Source: Chara braunii
Lineage: Eukaryota; Plantae; Charophyceae
Reading direction: 5' to 3'
Assembly (NCBI GenBank): GCA_003427395.1
Contig: BFEA01000001.1
Span: 9,393,741-9,457,740, forward strand
Length of the DNA: 64,000 nt
Of this stretch, positions 25,901 to 37,540 are shown piece by piece; within the stretch, counting starts at the first letter, position 1, and every line of letters starts with the position of its first letter. Made by a program: the position numbers and the translations under genes. Below the pieces are notes generated by a model. It did no database searches and had not been told where the DNA came from. It was given only the letters and a program-made list of their open reading frames with translations.

Positions 25901-27480
25901 GCCCTGTCCTCGAGGATGATCTCGTGGCGGATGGCCGATCCGGTACTACTCCGTGCGGGCCTTCGAACACGTCGCCGTAGGCGTCGAGAAGCTTGGTGAT
26001 GCGTGGGTCTGAGTCCGTCGATGAAGCGTCATGGGGCGGGAGGGCGTGGAGAAAACACACCCCCATCTCCTCGATGTCGTCTCTGATGATGGAAGCTCAC
26101 ATGCTTGCGGCGGACACCACGTGACAGCTGATTAAAGGGTGAGGAGGAGCTACCGTGCATGGGACTAGTACTCCGTTCCGATCATGAACGTGAACGGTGC
26201 AGCGGTAGAAGTTCACCGGGTGATCCTCGCTTCGCATCCACGACATGCCCAAGATCATGTCGAATTTGGTGTCCAAAATATCGAAGGACACCGCCTCGCT
26301 CGCGTGCGGGGCAAAGTACATGGGGACGTCATCAATGCACCGGTCTATTGACTTGTCCGTGTGACCGTCTGCCAACGTGACTTGCGTCGGCTGGGACTTC
26401 CTTCGGACACGTGGGCCAAGGTCGGCGCGTACCATGAAGTCATGGTTCATGTAGTTGCGAGATGCTCCTCAATAGATCAAAGCGCTGCAGGTCGCCTCTC
26501 CGATTTGAATGCGTAAATATAGCAATGGTGCGTCGATGTCGTCGTACCATTGCACGACGTACCATTGCATCTTGAACTCGCGGTCGATCTTCGCAATGTA
26601 GGCGTGAAGGTCGACAACCTCTACTCCGACGTCCATCAACGGAGTTGGTACTGCAGTGTGCAAGTAATCCCGCAATTGTGCCATGAGCACATTGCAATGT
26701 GGTTTCGGCAATCGACCGGACCGGGGAAGGGGCATCCATTGGAAGTCCGCAAATGTCAACGGGTCGAGCTCTTCAAGTCTTGACCATGACGTTGAATCCC
26801 CGACGGTAGATGGCGGCGAAGCTGCGGAATCGGTTGTCGATGGTGATGAAACCGTGCATGCGGTAGATTGTTGCACGTGGAGCGGTTGGTCCAACGGTGA
26901 GACCAAGTGGAATCAGTGGATAGCATAGTCCGCGTAAGTGTACCGAGGACTTGCGACATTCGCATCCTCCCCAGATGTGTAGGAGGCCGCTAGCAAGGCG
27001 GCCAAATCTGGCGGAGTGAGAGGTGGAGTCGCCTCACCTCCTGCGCAACTCAGTTTCCCGAGTTGATACGAGGCCGAACATCCTCCTTGCCTTGATCAGG
27101 GCATTGGGAGGTCTTGTGCTTGGTGCTGTTGCACCAATAGCAGCAGCCGTAGCGGCCGCGCCACTTGTATTCCGCCTCGGTCAAGTGAAACTTGATCCAT
27201 GGTGCTGGCTGTCCGTTTCCAGCCGGCGATGCGGTTTTCGCCTTCCCGTTTCCTCGGGACTTGTTGTTGCTTCGCGGCTGGACAGCAGCCACCTGATCTC
27301 CCTCATGTGACGCTTGGGTGGCTGCCGGCAGTGCCGGGTCTTCCACAATGTTGTCCGATTGGACTGCAGCGAACTGCTGCGGTCGCGGACCAATTTTCAC
27401 CTTCTCCACATAGGTTGCACGTTGACTTCTCGTGTGCAACCGTTGTCGGCACGAATACCCTTACAAGGGTATCCGCCCTG
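22944..27480 (-). pseudogene. Ty3/Gypsy gag-pol (zinc knuckle, protease, RT, RNase H, integrase, chromodomain), degenerate
   Basis: CYWCNSTKHKTSQC; FDMILGMSW; [23 protein letters not shown]; TDASGYGIGAVL..KELLA..TDN; IAMDVTGP..VVDRLSK..IVSDRD; HPQTDGQTER; chromodomain EVDRVITDRK..YKVTF..DDIRWIS. Confidence 0.95.
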
Positions 27481-30400
27481 GTTTTTGCAAGTGACAGGAA
27501 GGCTTGGTTAACTTGGATTCTTGAGTGCCTACGCGGAAAACGCGGGGGTCGTCCGCACGCAGGCTAAGGTCTGTCGGAGTAGGAAGGGTGAGTGGGCACG
27601 CAGTTTAAGGCATGCGTGTGATTTTCCCGTTTAAAATTGATTGCAACGCCGATATAATTATCCGGCTTGTTTTTTTTTTTACTTATTGCGTTCGGTCGGC
27701 AGCGGGCCCGGCACGAGGGGAAGATGTGAATGGTGGCCGCGGCGCGACATATATATAAGACGGCGTGGATACTCGGCGGCCACGCGCACGGTTGAAGGGG
27801 AAGGAGAGGTGGGCTGTTTTCCCAGCCCTTAGCGGTAGGCCGCAACGCCTATAGTGAAATTCGCGCGAGTTAGTTTCAGGCTTGGGCTTAGCCCTATTGG
27901 TTACGGTATCGGGTTCGTGAGACGGAGGTTCAGGGCTCGGGGCCAGTGGACGACAGCGCGGGAGCAATGGAGCAGCGAAAAGCGGAGGGGTCGAGGGTCC
28001 GGCGAGGACTATCCCCCTTAGTTTTGCTGGGGGAGCCCGATCGCGGGGCCGCGCCGCAGGACTAGGGGAGCCCGGACGGTTTCTTCCCTCTTCGACCTTG
28101 ACTCAAGGGGTCTATATTGGTTTCTCTTAAACCTGAATTTTGCTTTTTTTTAGGGGCCCCACCCTTACCTCGAAGACCCGGCTCCAGTCCTAAGGCCCGC
28201 GACCTTAGCGGCAGGCCAGTTTATTGGTTCACCTTCGAACTTGGTGTGGAGAATTTTTGGCTTGGGTCGTGCGCCTCAGTGTCGCTTACGACCGCGGTCA
28301 TTTTGGTTGCTGCGAGGCTGGCCCTAGCAGGGCCGCGCAGTAGGTAGTACATTCAAGAGAGGGGGGGGGGTGTCCCCAGTTGAGGCCCTGTGGGGCGCGC
28401 GTTAAAAGTCGGTCAAATATGGGGGAGAGGAGATTCTTGAGGCCACTGCGCAAGGTTGACGCGCATGAGGCCGGGAATGAACCCGGACGGGAAAACGAGC
28501 CGGGCACCTGCAGGAATGGGATGGGCCGAAGAGCTGCCGAGGCGCAGGGTGCAGATTTTCGCGGATCTGTTAAAAATTGGAAGGATACTGAGGAAATTAG
28601 CCTGGCCCCTACGTGGGGATGATGTAAGAAAGAAAACCGGGAGTGGACCCGGTCGCAGGTCGGGCCGGGTACACGCAGGGGAGGAGCCGTGGTCGTGAGG
28701 AAATTGCTCCCAGTCGAGTCCTACGAGGCAGTCGTCAAATTCGGACCAATACCGGGAAGGTCATCATGGCCCCTGCACGAGGGTGATACGCATAAGCCGA
28801 GAAGAGGGGGAGAGGCGGGCCCAAGCGCTCGTAATAGGGAGAAGATCCGCAAGGCACGTCGAAACCCGGCCCCGGAAGGGGGCCAGGTCCAGACGAAGTA
28901 CGAAGAGGCAATTTGGCGCGGCCTCTACTACCACAATGAGCACCTTGGAAGAGCTATCTAGGCCGGTACCTGCAACTGTAGAAAGGTCGTGCTCTTTGGC
29001 CTCGCGATCGGCGCGGCAGGCAGGTGCTGGTACGCGAATAATAGGAGTAAGTTCTCATGTTTCTGTTTTGTTTGTTCGATGTGCTAATTTTTCAACGACC
29101 GAAATACTGCTCAGCTCGGGCGCGGGGCGTTTGGTTTTCGGTTGACGCCAGCGAGAAGGAGGGATGGTGAAGACGATGGCGGAGTGCGGGAGTTGGGCGC
29201 AGCAGGGAGTGGGGAGCCCGCACAGTTCTTGGCCGTTTTGAGCAGGGAAGGAGGCAATCTGGGGGTTTCTTGCCCAGGCGGGCTGAATGGTGGGGTTAGA
29301 TTAGGAGGTCGGTTAGTGGAGAAGGAGTATGAAGAGGGAAGGGCCGTACGAAATGGCGAGAGAGATGGGTATGACTGGGCTGAAGGGTGTGTAGTTCACT
29401 CGATTCTTGGCGGAATCGAGTGAGCTAAGTTTTGCGAACCGGAGCTTTTACGAGCCGCGAATCGGATGGTGGACTCGGATTTCGAAGCAGGACTATAGGG
29501 ACTGTGGTGTAAAGGAGAGGGGCTGCGCCAGGGAAGTTTGAGCTTTGGGATACCGATGTATCAGGCTGTGTTCCAATGGTAGATTCATTCGAGTTCACTC
29601 AAGTTCTCGCGCGAAGGGGATCGGGAGGGGAGCTGCGGGGGTAGGATGCTTGCTTGCTGTCTGATGCGATGCTCCTTCCGCTGATGGTAGTAACCTCTCT
29701 CCATCTTTTTGCATGCGCGGCAGCTGGACCATGTGTCTTTCCGCGTCCGCACGGAAGATTCATTCTGAAGTTGCTCGACTGCTGATAGAAGAGAGTGTGT
29801 AGGCGCAGCAATGAAGTTGGAACTTACCTCGGTTGACGAGCGCATGGTACATCAGGCTGAAGGGCGCGGCGTCCTGCTATCTTTTCGGCGTGTAGGCGAA
29901 AGGCGAGTGCACCTAGCCACGTTCGGGTGGAAGATCCGCTCGAATCGTCTCGCTGTCCCACCAACGAGAGTTACATGAGGCGGGATAGTAGAAGTTGGTG
30001 GCGTACCGGCTAGCCGAGTGCATGTCGACGGAGCTCCTATCCGGTATCTGGCACTGTCTGCATGAGCGGTGGGAGCTGTGGGGTAACAGCATGGTGGTGT
30101 AGACTTACCTGGTTGGTATGCTGGTCGGAGCCGCGTACCACTCTGCATGAAGAAGTATTGCATCTCGCTAGACTCCGTCGGGAGAAGCTGTTTGGTTGTG
30201 ACTCAGATAGCGAAGTGGGGGCAGTGAGGAGCGAGTTGTGGAGGTTGTACAACACTGTTACGGAGTGTTGCTGTTTTCCTTACTGTGGTGGTCTTGTTTA
30301 TCCTCAGGGGCATTACCGTGGACGAGCTGTCTACTGCTACTGCTGTGCAGCCCGTGATCCTCTTGCTTATTCACTAGTCTGGCGGCAGAAAAGAAAAAAT

Positions 30401-31288
30401 GTGGTGAGGGTACCCCGTTGATGCGAGCAGTGTGAACATAGTCGGGATACCGGCTGGCTACGATAGAAGAGAGCTTGAGAAGACGAGGGAGGGGAGTTGT
30501 GCCCGTGGATGCGCTTCTTGTTGTGCCCAGTGTTCATATGATTGAGTTGCTGCAACATCCGGTAGTGCCCAGCTGCAGTTTCACTCTGCATTTGACTTCT
30601 GCCGTGTCTCCGCTATGAGTGTGTTGTCGTGAACTACTGTGCGGCACCTGGGTGCGTTTGTTTGGAATCGTGTGATTGTTGTTACTGCAAGGCCGACTAT
30701 CAAGGAGAGCGGCGACCTTACTGCATCAAAAGGGGAAGACAGAGCTGCTAAACACACGGGGCAGGTTGCTGGTTTCGGTTCGAGGACTGCAGCATCCGGT
30801 GCTGCCGTTTTGCTGCAGGTTCCATAAGTCTGCCCTAGTGTGTGAGCTGCTGCAGTGGTTGTTGGGCCTAACATAAACTGCTGCACGGCTCATTACGAGG
30901 TAGCGAGGGGTTGCAGCGTAGTGGAGTGGTGACAAAGGGAGTCACTGTTGCAGCCCAGGAGCTCATGAGGAGAAGTGAGCTTGGTGGGTTGACCGTGGTT
31001 TGACCGAGTTGCTGCTGCTGTTTGGCCGCCATTGCGGGGCCCTCGGGCGTAGAAGATTGGAAGGCCCTCTCATGCGAGTTTGAGTGCATCCCCCTTGGAT
31101 CTGAGAGTCTGAAACTTCCTCTTTCTATCTTTCTTACTCTAAGTCTAGTCTGATTGTTCGGAGAGGAAGGCGGAAGACGAGGTTGCAACCCGTAATCCGC
31201 GCCAAGGCCTCTGTGGGAGGGTTGCCCCACCAATTGCAGGAGCTCTGCCGGGACTCGGGAGGAGTCCTGGAGGCAGGGAACTGAGTGG

Positions 31289-31555
31289 TAGCCTGTTCCT
31301 TAAACCCTGTTTTTGTGCTTGAGTATTAGGGTAGGTCGATCTTATGAGGGCCCGAAAGTGGCCCTCTGGTGCAGGCTGAAAAGCCTCAGGGCTGGAAAGC
31401 CCTGTTATAGGCTGAAAACGAAATAGGGCCTGCAGGCCCTCGTTTTCAGTTTCAGGCTGAAACGACATGGGGCCTGTAAGCCCTTTTTTCTAGGCTTTTA
31501 GGCTGAGAATGCGGGACGGGCCCTGCAGGCCCATGTGGCTACGCAGTATGCCACA
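31289..31555 (-). mobile_element. Partial 5' LTR of the chromovirus (outer ~270 bp only)
   Basis: Near-identical to 22652-22918; followed by (GA)n. Confidence 0.9.
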
Positions 31556-31556
31556 C

Positions 31557-31643
<87 letters not shown>

Positions 31644-32193
31644 GGGAACGGAAAAAGGGCAAGGGGGAAGTAGGGGGAAGGGGTTTGGGGGTTGCGGGGT
31701 GAAATCACACCACGTGGCGGATTTGTGTTTCTAATAAACTAAAGTTGAAACATTAAAGTAATGGTATTTTGTTTTTTGTTTTTTCATTTCTTTCTTTTTT
31801 TAAAAACATTTTTAATGTGGTCAGTAAGAAGGATCCCTATTTGCAGATCCTGCCAGTTGATGGCTCCTTTCTATACGTGCGGAGCTGCACCTGTTGGAAA
31901 CCGGGTCCAGCGTCCCAGAATCAATAAGTTCAGAAAGAGCAACAGTGCTAATCTGATCCGAGTGGTTGCTGCCGGAAGCTTCGGGAGCAGAGTGGGGGGG
32001 TACACGTAAAGCTATCAGACTTTAGACTTGAGTAGGGCAGAGAGAGGAAGGAGGGAGATATGTTGAGAAGAGCAAGCTATAAGAGCGGACATTTGGAGGG
32101 AGGGTATTTGGGGAGGGAAGGTGCGATATTGGGCCATGTGGCAGCTACATATTTTGCTATTTTTTCTTCTTGTTTTCGTTCTTTTTTATTCTT

Positions 32194-32251
<58 letters not shown>

Positions 32252-32418
32252 TTATCTGTCCATGCGTGACTGCTGCGACACATCACACAGCCACAGTCAC
32301 ACAGGTGCAGCACGTGAGACACACACAGACAGTGCCCCCCCCCCAACACAATGGTGTGTGTGTTGTAGCCTCGCCATTTTGCTGCAGCGGCAGAACGAAT
32401 TAGGTGGAGCACACACAC

Positions 32419-32490
<72 letters not shown>

Positions 32491-33635
32491 CACACTTAGG
32501 TGCTGCACATGACACGGTGAGATAGGCACAAACAATTCCTCCCCCACACACACACACACGGACACAAGCTGAGTCATTCTGTTGCAGCAGCAGAACGACT
32601 TGGCTGCAGCACAGTCAGATGTGTGTGTGTGTCTGCATCACACAACCATAATCACAGTTAGGTGCAACACATAACATGGTGACACAGGGATGAACAGATG
32701 TGTCAGTGCCATTGTACTTGTGTCATTGTTACTTGTAGTAGTAGTAGTACTGTAACTACTTCTGGAACTGTTATAGTAGTAGTATAATTACTACAACCAG
32801 TTCCGCTTCTACTACCACTATTACTACTTTCGGTACAAGTAGGAGTAATGTTGTTGCTGCTACTACTCCTTTTTCTACTGCTTCTATTACTACTACTACT
32901 ACTACTACTATTACTACTACTACTACGACTACTACTAGTACTAGTCGTACTAACACTATGTAATGGTCTGCTTATGTGTGTTTATGTTTGTGTGTGTATG
33001 TGGAAGTCACCACCCAAGGAGGCAGTTGCCGAATACAACTTTAAGAGGAGCGACTCATTATGCAGTGTGCAAGTTTGGTGTCACGCTGCTGCTGAAACAA
33101 GTGTTTGGTGTGCCCAGCGATGGTGAGGAAGAAGGCGGTCTGACCCCTCCAGGGGAAGACTCCGGGGTTGTAGGAGGAGGAAAGTGATGGGGGTACTTAC
33201 CTGCCTATGGTGGACGACATCTTCATCTTCTTCGTGGATGCTGCACCTAGAAGGCCCCATACGGGGTGTACATCAACNAAGACTTTGGGGCAGAGATAGG
33301 NATGGCGGCATGAGTAGGGGGAGCATATCAGCTTCGCGTTGTCCTTTGAACACCGAAGCTNGNCTNCANTAGTCCGCCATACCCACCTACTAGGAGAAGG
33401 AAGGAGGTGTAGTATGTGGCCATGATGGACCTCTAGAGTTGCTGGTAGTAAGATTCAGACATTGATTCTGGTTCATTCTTTCAATGTTATTATTATTATT
33501 GTTAAGAAGAAGTTGGGGGAGTTCAAGGTGGTTGGAGATGGTGGTGAGTGGGAAAGGGATTTGGCATAGGTATTTGCAAGTGTACATCTTCTTCTCTTTC
33601 ATTCTTATTTCTTCTTCTTCCTTTGTCTATTTCTT

Positions 33636-34207
33636 TTTCCAAGTTTTTTTTATTTCAATTTCAATTGAACGACACAGTCAGGATCGTAACAACTATTGCT
33701 ACAACTACTTATAGTTACTGTTATTACTACTACTGCTAGGCGAGCACTGCCACCTCGTCTATTACTACTACTTTTGGCAGCACCTCTGCTACTACTACGG
33801 TCCCCTCCTCCATACCTTCTCCTCCTACCTCCGTCCTCCACCACCCATTCTCCCACTCGCCATCTTTTTATATCTCAGGCTATCGTCCCGCCTCCTTCCC
33901 CTGTCGTCGTTGCTCACCGCATTTTCCAAGTTTTTTCATTTCAATTTCAATTGAACGACACAGTCAGGATCGTAACAACTATTGCTACAACTACTTATAG
34001 TTACTGTTATTACTACTACTGCTAGGCGATCACTGCCACCTCGTCTATTATTACTACTTTTGGAAGCACCTCTGCTACTACTACGGTCCCCTCCTCCATA
34101 CCTTATCCTCCTACCTCCGTCCTCCACCACCCATCCTCCCACTCGCCATCTTTTTATATCTCAGGCTATCGTCCCGCCTCCTTCCCCTGCCGTCGCTGCT
34201 CACCGCC
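33636..34207. repeat. Tandem duplication, 2 x ~286 bp
   Basis: Duplicated peptides in the ORF track (33650-33856 vs 33936-34142). Confidence 0.93.
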
Positions 34208-34854
34208 TTTCCTCTCTCCTCCCCCCTTCATCGCCCCTCCTCCCTCCGCCATTGCAAATCTTTCCTCCCGACATTTATTTTTTTGTTTGCTATTTGTATC
34301 TGTTGGGAAATTGTACACTCCTTATCCTCCCTTTCTGGTTGCTACGACTCTCCTCCTCGCATTGTCCTCCTTCATCACATATCTTCCTTCCTTCCTCGTC
34401 CATGGCCCCTCCTCCCTCTCCCATGCTCCATCCTCCATCCCTCCTTGTCTATCACCCCTCATCCTTCCCTGCTCCTCCCTCGCCCATCGCCCCTCCACCC
34501 TCCACATCGCAAATCTTCCTACGACTTTTATCCATTGCTCCTCCTCCCTTTTCCATCGTCCATCCTCCCTCCTACCTCCTCCCTTCTACATCATCCATCG
34601 GTTTGGTGCTTCTCACTATATCTGGCGTGCTTGTTCGTTTAACTCCGAGTCTATGCTTGGTGGCGCAACTCTATGAATGAACATCAATATCAAATGTCGT
34701 GTATATAAATGATACGTCAAGCAAAACATCAGTGATTCCGAATTGTAGTATGAACAATATGTAGGGTAAATAATTTTGAATTAAGCTTGCTATCATATGT
34801 GAAATAATGACATTTTCACATTGACAGACTATATCAAAGCACAAAAGTTNNNNN

Positions 34855-34978
34855 CCTCGGGGACCGGTCCGGACTGTCCGGTGTCCGGTGATGGATCACC
34901 GGACAGTCTGGACCGGTCCAGACACAGGTCCGGAAGACAGTCCGGAAGTGTCCGGTGTCCGGGTCCGGGGTTACCATG
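34855..34978. mobile_element. Probable DNA-transposon end with TCCGG/CCGGA subterminal repeats, ending GGGGTTACCATG
   Basis: Dense palindromic CCGG motifs ending abruptly before AT-rich DNA; partner end not found. Confidence 0.45.
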
Positions 34979-37037
34979 TTTTATACTGTGAAGGATAGTA
35001 AATGTTAATCGATATGCTTGAAAAGTATGATAAAACCATCATAAAGACCCCTATAGCTTCACATAATGGCAATGAAATTGTAACACCCCCCAAATTTTGT
35101 GAGAAAGCGATGTAAAATTTGTGGTCAACAGGACCACAAAATACAAACAAATGTGGGGTAGCTCCCAAAAATTGAGTTAACAAAACATCAAAAGTCACCA
35201 AAATCATTGTGAAAATAAGAACTTCGATTTCGTTCAAAAAATATAAAATGTCCGTTTTGACGAAATTGCTGTTAATGGGGAGAAGATTATCCTGATAGGC
35301 GCCAACAGTGCTCAGCAAAGATTAGGGATAATCATGTTGTCTTTCAGGACTGGACGCGGAATGAACCCTCCTTCCCGTTGTGGCCCCCGTCTGATTCCCA
35401 GACCCCTTTCCTCCACATCCGCTCACCCTGGCTGAAGTACTGTCCTAAGCTCCTCTCCAAGTTCTAATCCCCCCTCCAACTTCCGCGGTGCCACCCAGGG
35501 AAGTCACAGCTCCCCTGTCTTGGTCACCCATGAGGTAGAGTTCCTTACTAGCTGAAGCTGGGTAGTGGCCCTGGTATCAGTGACGATCTTGTTTTCATGG
35601 GATGCTGGACCCACTCTCCAGCAGGTGTTGCTCCCCACCAATAGAACCCCCCCCCCCTAGATGGAGCTTACTGTTGGGGGGGGATCTTGTATCACCCCCA
35701 ACAGTGTCCCCCTGCCCTCCAATAGGGTGTGCAGTTGGCCTCGTCAGTCGGCCTCGCTTTCTTTTGTATTTTTTGAAAACCGCATGCTGTTCTGCGCAGC
35801 CTACGTCAAACCCTATCCCAGGCATGTCTGATTGTGTGTCTGGACACACATGACATGTAGAATGGTATCTGGCATCAGGACCAGGCCTCACTGGTACTGT
35901 GTTCTGCGCCAAGTTGCAATGAACCCAGCCCTTTTGATTGCCACTTCTGTAAGCCCTGCCAATGCTATGCCCACTCGCCCTTACGTATGTACCCAGAAAA
36001 CTGCGCTAAGTACGAGTTTGATCCTTGCTGGCAATGCTTAACCTCCTGCTGACAAGTCACTGAAAGTGTGTGATTCTATGAAAGTCGGAAAGCCACATAA
36101 CTTTTTCCTTTTGTCTTTTGTAACTGGGCCCAGCGGCCAATACTTGCATTGCAAATCTACAAGCCTGAATTTTCTGACTTGAATGACTTGGCTTCTTTTC
36201 TGACAAGACGCACACATGGGCGAGAAAGCAGCACAGGTGATCGCAACCCTGCACGACCGCGGGAAAACTTTTCCATAAAACGACATAAACAATTCGGGTT
36301 TTTCCGTGGTCGTGCATGTTGGGATCGCCGGTGTTGCTTTCTCACCCATTCTTTTCTGACAAGACACGCACACATGCACACATGCATACACACTGCTCAT
36401 GAAAAAAAAGAAAGAAAACGGAAATGCACGTACACACTCGAATACACCCACAGGATGCAACTGCACACAGGCATACACAGACACATGTTTTTGGCAGGTG
36501 ATTTCCGCTAGCAGCACCGCCCTACCAAGAAAAACAGAAGAAAATCTGCTAACAGGGCAAATTAATTTCACAAAAAGAAGGGGAAGATAACCTGCACACT
36601 AGAGCCGTTTGAAATCTTTTTTTCACAGTCCCCTTCCAAAGGGCACAAGATCATGAAATACGGGTGGATTTCAGATCCCCTCGACAATGAATACTGTCCA
36701 CTCTGCCCACCCACCACTGCTGCCTCCCCACAACCCCCCCTCCTCTTCCCCAGCCCCTGGACCCACCAAAGAGCCCTCATCTCATACTGGCATACACGCC
36801 CACCCGATAATCAGAACTACACTTCGACCCCCAGACTAAGCATTGGAACTGGCACGGATTGGGATTGGCATTGGGATTGGGATTGGGATTGGGATCGGGA
36901 TCATGAGCACCCAACCTTGCCACAGCATTCTACACAGTCAGCAGAGACATTGCTCAGTTCTTTGCAGAACCCCCAGATAAGACCACTGTGCGCTCTGAGC
37001 AGACCACGCCCCAGTCTTCATTTTCTCTTTTTTCACC

Positions 37038-37192
37038 TTAAAGAACCAGCACATGCCAGCTATCGGCCGCGAGCCCCTTTCGGAGGCCGCCTGCCGTCGA
37101 TTCACTTTACCTACGACGCTCAGCCTCCTAAATTTTCGGAGAGACTCAGAACAGGTTCTCCAGTTGCCTGGGGCCATGTACTGGTGGTTTAA
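37038..37192. mobile_element. ~150-bp MITE flanked by TTAA
   Basis: TTAA|AGAACCAGCACATG ... CATGTACTGGTGGT|TTAA; the same right end occurs at 2796-2810 and 46509-46523. Confidence 0.7.
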
Positions 37193-37436
37193 AACCTAGC
37201 TGCAGGGACAACAAGAGTACTTAGAACAGCTCCATGAAGACAGTATCAGGTGCTGGATGCTGCCCAAGGTGACTGAAGCAACCAGAGAAACTTGCACTGT
37301 ACTGAACGACCTCGTCAGAGACCAGAGTGTGGAATGAGATCGGGGCCAGTCCCTCGCTGTGCAAATTGGCCTCCACAGACAAATTGGCTTCTGAAACAGA
37401 TTTTGAGACACAACTGGTCAGAGGAAGACTGCAGTC

Positions 37437-37454
37437 GTCCTTCGGGACATCCAT

Positions 37455-37486
<32 letters not shown>

Positions 37487-37540
37487 GGCCCCTGCGCAAG
37501 GATGACACGCATATAAAATAAATATATAAAAAAAAAAAAA
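37437..37540 (+). pseudogene. U6: 3'-truncated, polyadenylated U6 snRNA retrocopy with TSD
   Basis: GTCCTTCGGGACATCC...ACAGAGAAGATTAGCATGGCCCCTGCGCAAGGATGACACGCAT then A-rich tail; TSD GAAGA(C/G)TGCAGTC at 37424-37436 and 37541-37553. Confidence 0.95.

Noticed and set aside
32676-34978. hAT element bounded by CATGGTGAC and GTTACCATG
   Set aside because: Short TIR match and no 8-bp TSD
36855-36900. (GGGATT)n tract
   Set aside because: Short microsatellite, not the plant telomere repeat
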